Positions 37,693 through 44,840 of a stretch of DNA of 44,840 nucleotides are shown in pieces. The stretch is from Batkoa obscura. Its lineage: Eukaryota. The stretch covers positions 1 to 44,840 of the forward strand of contig JASVEC010000126.1 in assembly GCA_030770535.1 (NCBI GenBank). Reading direction: 5' to 3'. The stretch's first letter is position 1. The number at the start of each line of letters is the position of its first letter. Below the pieces are notes generated by a model. It made no database searches and was not told the origin of the DNA. It saw only the letters and a list, made by a program, of their open reading frames with translations. The position numbers and the translations under genes were made by a program.

Positions 37693-40600
37693 TTACTCTT
37701 CCCCTTGATACCATTGATCAATACATTTCAACCATTTCATTAACTCTCCCTCCCCTTCTGCTTGAAACATATATGAATTATTTTTAGTATACAATGCAAA
37801 CACACCTTCTCTTCCAACTAACTTTTCCAAATCTTTATTATAATCTACTCTAGTAGAAGTTAAATCAAACACCAATAATTCTTCTAATTCATAACTATCT
37901 TTATATAAATACATAAATGGTCTTTTTATAACTATCCATCGTCTTTCCCATAGTGTTAGATCAATTGGTGTTAATAGATATCCTTTTCGTGTAATAGTGG
38001 TACTCTTAGGGATAAGTTTAAGTTCTCCCATCATTTTAACAGGCTGGTCAGGAACCTTCTGCGAATTAAGGATGTCTAGATTTTTATTCTCACTAGTCAT
38101 TGAGTTTGCTGTTTTATCAGAACTTATTGACACATTATCTTTTTTAACTTTTTCTGCTTTATTACTCCCTATTATACCCCCCTCCCCATTTTCCACTTTA
38201 CTCTCTGGTTCCTCTTTAATATCTTCCTCCATCCCTTCTATCTCTTCTTTTTTATTAATTATCCCTAACCACCAATTGTTAATCATATTTAATTGTACTG
38301 GATTATCAATCTTTGGCATTACTAGCTCCATTCCCCCATTTTGTAACCTCCTTAATTCATTTGCTTGCCTTAACATTTGTAACTCTACTCTCTTCCTTAT
38401 GTTAAACTGTATTTTCCTGTTTTCTAATATCAATTCTACTCCTCTAGGTTTCCAATTGCCTAAATATTCTTCCCCTCTAACATAAGAGGTAGCTGTATCT
38501 AATTTCCATAATTCAGTCCTTTTGCGTATCATTTTAGGAGTAAGAATAAGTTGATATAATTGAGAGATATTACTTAATAATCGTGTTGAATTAGTCATAA
38601 ATGAAAATAAGGATTTTGATACAGAAGATGTCCTTGAAGTAATTATAAGTGGTAAATCAATGGTAAAAGTTAGTGGATCTTGTACTTTATTTGACATTAA
38701 CTGCCAGTTTAAAGTTAATACAACTCTTTGATTAGCTATTGTATTTTTATTTAAATGAATTGAGTTATGTAATGAAGAATCCCAATTTACTTGAAATTCA
38801 TATTTATTTAATCCATCTTGAGATATCTCTTCTTTAATTGTATTTAATATTAAATTTAATTCAATTATATCTGACTGATTTTTTGAATTATCATGAGTAA
38901 ATCTTCCTTTGTTATCTACTAATCTTATTCTACCTATAACTATTTTAATAATTTTATCAATTTGAAATTGTTTTCCTGAATTATGTTGTAATGATATTAA
39001 GATTCTTCTTTGTAACCCTTGTCTTAATAAAAATACACCATTATCTGTAGGATTTGTAGCTTGTATTTCAGCATTTACATATTGCCCATTTGGATTTAAT
39101 TCAGATATTTGAATTTTTGCCAATAAATCATGAGTCTCTTTTAATATTAATTCATCTTCAGGTCTCCTTTCTTTTATTTTAGGATTGAATCCATTAGGAG
39201 CACCAATTAAATTTATTTGTTGATTGGGATCAATTTCATTCTGTTGTTGATTAATATGGTCCCATTTATTAATTGTAATTAAACTAGGTTTACCATATAT
39301 TTCAAATTTCATTGGTTGTAATTGTATATTGTTAATAAATTCATTAGTTACATTAATTGTTATTGTATGTCGATATTGGATTTGCATTGTTTTATTATTG
39401 AAATTACTTATTGGATCTGTAGCAAATAATTGATCACTTATTGAATATGGTATTATTGTATTAAAAGAAGATAATCGAAATTGTACATGTACTTGTGTAT
39501 ATAAGTCTTCACTAATATTATTTAATTCTTCCATTATAATTTCAAATATTAATTGATCTCCAACATTTAGTACATTATTATTATTATTGTTATTATTATT
39601 ATTATTAACAATTGCTAAAGGATTAATTGTAACTTTAAATTCCCCATAAACTTTACCATCCAAATGATTAATAATAGGAGTGTTAAATGTTTGCTTTAAA
39701 TTATACATCAAATTTGCTAGATTAACATATGCTAAACCAATTAAGCTATACTTCGTTACTAAGCTCTCTACGAATGGATCCTGGAGATTAAAATGTTGAT
39801 GGTATAATGGCCTGTCCATTAAATTGTATAAATTTCTCATTCGAATCAATTTTTGTTTTAATTTATCAATTGACCAAATATAACTCATTTGATTATTTCT
39901 ATCAATTAATTGGATTGCAATAAAAGGTGTTTTATTGCTTAATAACATATCATCTTCATTACTATCTAATTCTTCTAATTGAGATTTATCTTCCCAAAAT
40001 GAATGACAGTTTATTGTTGATAATTCATTAATAACTATAAATTGATAACTAACATTCTTTTTTAATTCCTTCGCAATTATATTCGCTTCTTTCAATGTAA
40101 TAGCATTCATTAGTATAGTTTCTGCCATAGTAACAAACGTTCTTTTCTTTAAATTATTAAGAAACTTATTAATTAATGTTTTTTCTTTTTCTGTATAAAT
40201 TCTAGGTACTATTATATTTCCTTCAATTTTAGATTCAACTAACTTTTTAAATGTTTCTTCGTATTGTTTCCTTTGTTCAATTAATTGGCGTTCCATTTCA
40301 AGTTGATTTTGTTTTAATTTCATTTCCAACTCAGCTGTTTCTGGAGATCTTGTAGAAGAACTGGGTGGTCGATATTCAAATGAACTATTCGTTGGTTTTC
40401 TTGAATGCCTATATGATAAGTTATTTTCTAAACTATTATCACTTAATACACTTTCTTTGTGTTCCCATTGACTTCTCTCCAGGCATAATTCCAATCAATT
40501 ACATCACTTGTTATGGTAGATGCTCTAGAATCTGGTCTTTCCATTGGAGATTGAGAACTGGCTTCTGAATATTCTCCCCATTAGTTACACTAACTGATAA

Positions 40601-42789
40601 TCTCGTCTTTGTTCTTTCTCTTCTGACTTCTTCTGGATTATTAAACCTAAAAACATGGTTATCTCCCAATATAACTCGATATCCTGATCTCAATCTTTTA
40701 GGTTCAGTAACTTGCCTACCGTTGACTAAAGTCATACTACCTTTAGTAGGATAAATTGTCACTGTTGAATTTATATTTTCAAAATAACAATGATTAGGTA
40801 ATATACTTGTACCACTTAATTTAATTTCTACATCTCTTTCTTCTTCTGATTCCATTAATCCAACTTTAGTAATACCTAATTTCAAACTATAAATCAAACA
40901 TTCTGACATCAATGGATCTTCATTTAAATTCACTAAATGAGGGGTTCTTTTTGGTGAATGAACACCAACATCATTTTTTTCAATTGTTATACCTAATTCT
41001 TCTAATGCTTTTTCACGATCTGCTTGTATTGATTGTGTTTGGATTAATTTTTCTTCCCATGTTTGATTTAATTCTTTCATTAATTTTTCACTAACTTCTA
41101 ATTGATCTTTAATCTCTGCTGCTGTTTGGGTGGTACCATCTGGCTTCATAATAAGACCAGCTTTCGCTCCAACATTCCCTCCTGCAACCCCCCCTCCAGT
41201 ACTCGAATACGCTTCTTCAGGATTATAAACTGCTAATCTTGATCTTAATAAATCTAATTCTTGTTTCAGCTCTCTAATAACTTTAGCATTTGGATCTTCA
41301 TTAACCACAGCTTTATTGACGATTCTTTTAGCACGATCAGCGTATCTCAATGTTGATAAAGTTTCTTCATAATCAGCTGGTGAAATAGCTGCTAACATGA
41401 TGGTTTTTGAATTTCCACCGAGAGAGTCTTTAAGTAACCAGGTCAATACCTAATAGTTCTTGAATTAGTAATTTATTAAATTAAAGATATATAGGCCTTT
41501 TTAATATATATATATAGTAATACTCACCGAATCCCTATAAGGAATAAAAAAATCTTCTTTTTTCTTTCCTTTTTTTATTGGCATAGCAGCTTGGTCCGCT
41601 AAAGCAGATATAACTTTACCTAATGTTGTCAATGATTTGTTAATGTTTGCTCCTTCTTTCAATCTTTGTCCACTAGCTCCAGTGGAATTTGCTCTTTCAC
41701 TACCAGCTAAATCAACTAAACTAATAAAAGGATATTATGTTAATTTTGACATTTATAAATAAAAGATATTGAGCCGATTTATAAATGAAGTATGATTGGA
41801 TTTTAAACTAACTTACCTAATCCTTGATACTTTCTCTGTAGCCATTTGAGCGTCTGGATCAAACCTCGCCTGTGTCAATATAATTGTAAAAACTGCATGG
41901 GATCTCGATGACGTTGCATTCATATTAGTCGAGGCAACTGTACGAGCCTATAATTTATTTTATTTATTAAAAATTATCATCATAAACCGAAAGTTCATTA
42001 TATTACCTTATTACCTTCATCCATTAAATCTTCAATATCTTTATAAGATTTAACTACCATTTTACTCAAATCCTCTACATAGGGACCTAATGCTGGATGC
42101 TCTCTTACTCTTAAATTACCTTTATTTTTTGGATTTAATAAATCCCTAACACGTTCGCAATAAATTTCCATATAGGAGACTTCGACGTTAAAAGATAGAT
42201 TAATGTCGCTATTCGAGTTGATGCGGTCAAATAATTCAATGCATGTTAGGGGGATGATACCTTTATCTTCGCCATAGCCTACCTAATATCATAGTTGATA
42301 AGTTGAGTGAGATTTATACGATTAAGTTTTTTATTACCATCGAATAGGATTTACCACTACCTGTTTGACCATCTAAAAATCAATGAATCAATAAATTATC
42401 CTCTTCAACAAAAAATTTACTTACAAGCAAAAATACAAGTATTATAACCGTTGAACGCGTGATCCAACATACTTTTACCAATATCATTAAATACCATTTT
42501 TTGAGAAGCATAACTGGGATCGCTTGGCGTTGATGCTGACCAATAACTTCTATCAAATGCAAATGTTTTGGGTTGATTTTCTTCTTTTATTATCGGATTT
42601 TTTTCTTCTTTAGAGGATACTGGCCGATCAATTATCGTTTGATTACCTTCCATTCGAATTAAGCCAATGGCGCCACGGGTTTTTTCTAGGAATACAAATC
42701 AGGCTTGTTGGAGAAAAGGAGGGAAAAGAAAAAAAGTTACCTCGTGTATTTAATGGCCGACATCGTACACATACAAATATATTGGACAT
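37693..42789 (-). CDS. unc-104: Kinesin-3 motor (Unc-104/KIF1): motor, FHA, stalk, DUF3694-like region, C-terminal PH; two apparent frameshifts
   Basis: Exons 42789-42741, 42685-42425, 42372-42338, 42282-42007, 41947-41817, 41720-41528, 41449-37693. Motifs [62 protein letters not shown] and [12 protein letters not shown]. The last exon needs -1 shifts near 40578 and 40465. Confidence 0.95.
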
Positions 42790-44174
42790 GTTGCTTTATT
42801 TTGTTTTTTTGAATAAATTAATGTAAATCGATAATGGTTTTTATTCCTCTTTTTGAAAACTTAATTAATTTGTCCGGATTGATATAAAACTTTTAGATTT
42901 TTCTTCCTCTTTTTATAGGTTGTAGAAGCAATGATTTATTATTATTTGGGTTTCTTTACTGTCCGCTTCCTCTTCTTTCAAAATATGGTTTTTACTTATT
43001 AAATTGTTGAATTGTAAAAATTAATAAAATTATAACAAAATTTGATTTTTATTACAAATTCAATGAAATAATTTTTGTTCTATTTTATTTGCTAATTTAA
43101 GAGTGTAAGATTTTGGTTCAAAGTGGACGATTCCAATGACATCCTTTGATCTTGTCACTTCACTATTTTACTAAGAAGCTCAAATTTAAAATAACATTAT
43201 ACTCAAAGATAAATAAAAATTACAGTTGCAAAACTTACTAATAACAAAATTATTTAGTAATAATCTTCTAGCCTATTTATACTAGTCGGACTACTTTGTT
43301 ATCATTATAATATAAAGGGCAATCAATGGTTAATAAAATAGTAATGTATATAATAATAAACTAAATTATTATATTAGAGAGTAAAAACACATTTGAAGCA
43401 AAAGATTAATCTATAACTATGTAGCAATAAAAACTGTAGTGCATTTTTTACAGAATTTGATAGCAACCACTGTTTTGTGTTTAAAGATTTACTGTGGGAA
43501 GGATGTTTTTTATCTTACTATTATTGCTATTTGAAATTTTTAAGTTAAAAAATGGACGAACCTGAAGCAAAAAAATGATAAATTAACAAAATTACTTTAA
43601 ATATTGATAATTGTATAGCAAGGAATAGTATTTATAACATTTGATGAAATAAAAATAAGTGTGGCACTTAGAACAGGTTTAAACTCACTTTTGTTTACTA
43701 TATACTTCAACGTTATTTTTATCAGACTTACAAAAACAAGCAATATCTAGTAATTAATCAAAGCGCTATATTGACTATAAAATACAGTTAAACAATTTAG
43801 CAAATGAAAAGCTATGAGTTTTTAAAATAGATATAATATCATTATTATTGTTGAAATCTTTAAAAGTATATAGCTCAAAGTTATTTTACTCCATCTGTAG
43901 TGAAATTGGTAGTATTAAAGTTAATTTATTATATTAACCCTTTGCTACTAGAATTAACTATCTTGAGATATCTAAATTTCCAATTCAATAATTGGCTAAT
44001 TTTTGAAGTTTTATTGGTTAGAGTTTCCATAATGGCTGGAATAGCTAAAAGCAAAGTAAAAATTAAAGTAAAAATTAAACTATATAAAGATATTAAAGGT
44101 TTTGTTTAATTTTTTATTTATATTTTAAACTTTGCTTGAAGTTTTCAAAACAATTTTTACTAAAAACATAATAT

Positions 44175-44272
44175 GGGGATATTTTTTTGGCTTCATTACT
44201 TTTTCCATCTTTTAAGCACTATTTGCGTGAAAAAATCGTTAGTAAAATCTTTAAATACAAAAATACATCCCC
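44175..44272. mobile_element. ~97-bp MITE, copy 10
   Basis: GGGGATAT...ACATCCCC with ATAT/ATAT flanks. Confidence 0.9.
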
Positions 44273-44299
44273 ATATGATAACAGTTATTTTTTATTATA

Positions 44300-44429
44300 G
44301 TGTGAAATCTACGTAAAGCATTATCATAAAGATTTAGTGGCTTTATTAAAAGTGCAACGTCAAAGAACAATTGAATTAAAAGCCTCAAGTTGTTATGTTC
44401 TAAAATCTCTTTTATACTCTGACAAGTAT
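44300..44429 (-). mobile_element. Internal fragment of the LTR-like repeat
   Basis: TTAGTGGCTTTATTAAA...AAAAGCCTCAAGTT...CTTTTATACTCTGACAAGTA matches the middle of LTR copies 1 and 2. Confidence 0.75.
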
Positions 44430-44431
44430 GG

Positions 44432-44840
44432 TGCAAAATCTAGTACTCAGTGATTGGAGTCAAAAACAGCTATTGCTTGGTTGACTATACTGTAAGTCGA
44501 AAGGCCTTAGTTTATGTGACTAAGATAGACTTGAGTTATGAAGAATAGCACGTAATAGGCTATGGACTATGTAAGATAAATAGAACAGACAATATTAATT
44601 TAAAATCTGCGTAAAATACTACTAAGAAAACTTAGTGGCTTTGTTAAATGTTCGAGATATCAGGGAACAATTCATTTAAAAGCCTTGAACTGCTATGTTT
44701 TAGAATCTATTTTATACTCCGATAAGTATAAATATCAAAACGGGAAGATAATATCCTTTGAGACGAAGATAGAAATTCTCATAGCAAACCAAATAATAAG
44801 CATGGATCAATTGTCTCTAAAATCGAGAACACAACAGCTT
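44432..44840 (-). mobile_element. LTR-like element, copy 3, cut by the window edge
   Basis: Starts TGCAAAATCTAGTACTCAG and is colinear with 25782 onward up to GAGAACACAACAGCTT. Confidence 0.8.

Noticed and set aside
40559..40596. Tiny intron fixing the kinesin frame (GTTAGT...ACTAAT...CAG)
   Set aside because: The 30-nt version keeps the same frame. The frame-correcting version is 26 nt with a weak donor, far below the ~48-nt minimum seen here, and it leaves the second shift unexplained.
43470..43580. Possible old, degenerate MITE copy
   Set aside because: Only patchy similarity in AT-rich DNA, with no termini or target duplication.

Overview
Very AT-rich eukaryotic genomic DNA with short (mostly ~50-80 nt) GT-AG introns. 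Gene content points to a fungus, probably an early-diverging lineage (inference only). Intact-looking genes: a NIPA-type Mg2+ transporter, a TFIIIC Tfc6-like WD40 protein, MPC1 (with a 4-nt micro-exon), a possible Mim1-like protein, a secreted 8-Cys peptide, two divergently arranged fungal-TF middle-homology-region paralogs with no Zn2Cys6 domain, an Rsc9/ARID2-like protein, a short Zn2Cys6 factor and a small secreted protein. A kinesin-3 (Unc-104/KIF1) gene needs two -1 frame changes to be read through. Decayed genes include a third TF paralog and two F-box/LRR-like pseudogenes. Repeats include ten copies of a ~97-bp MITE (GGGGATG...CATCCCC, 4-bp AWNT target duplication), one ~240-bp MITE with related ends, and ~463-bp TG...CA solo-LTR-like elements; these cluster and nest. 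All exon structures and homologies were read by eye; no database searches were run.
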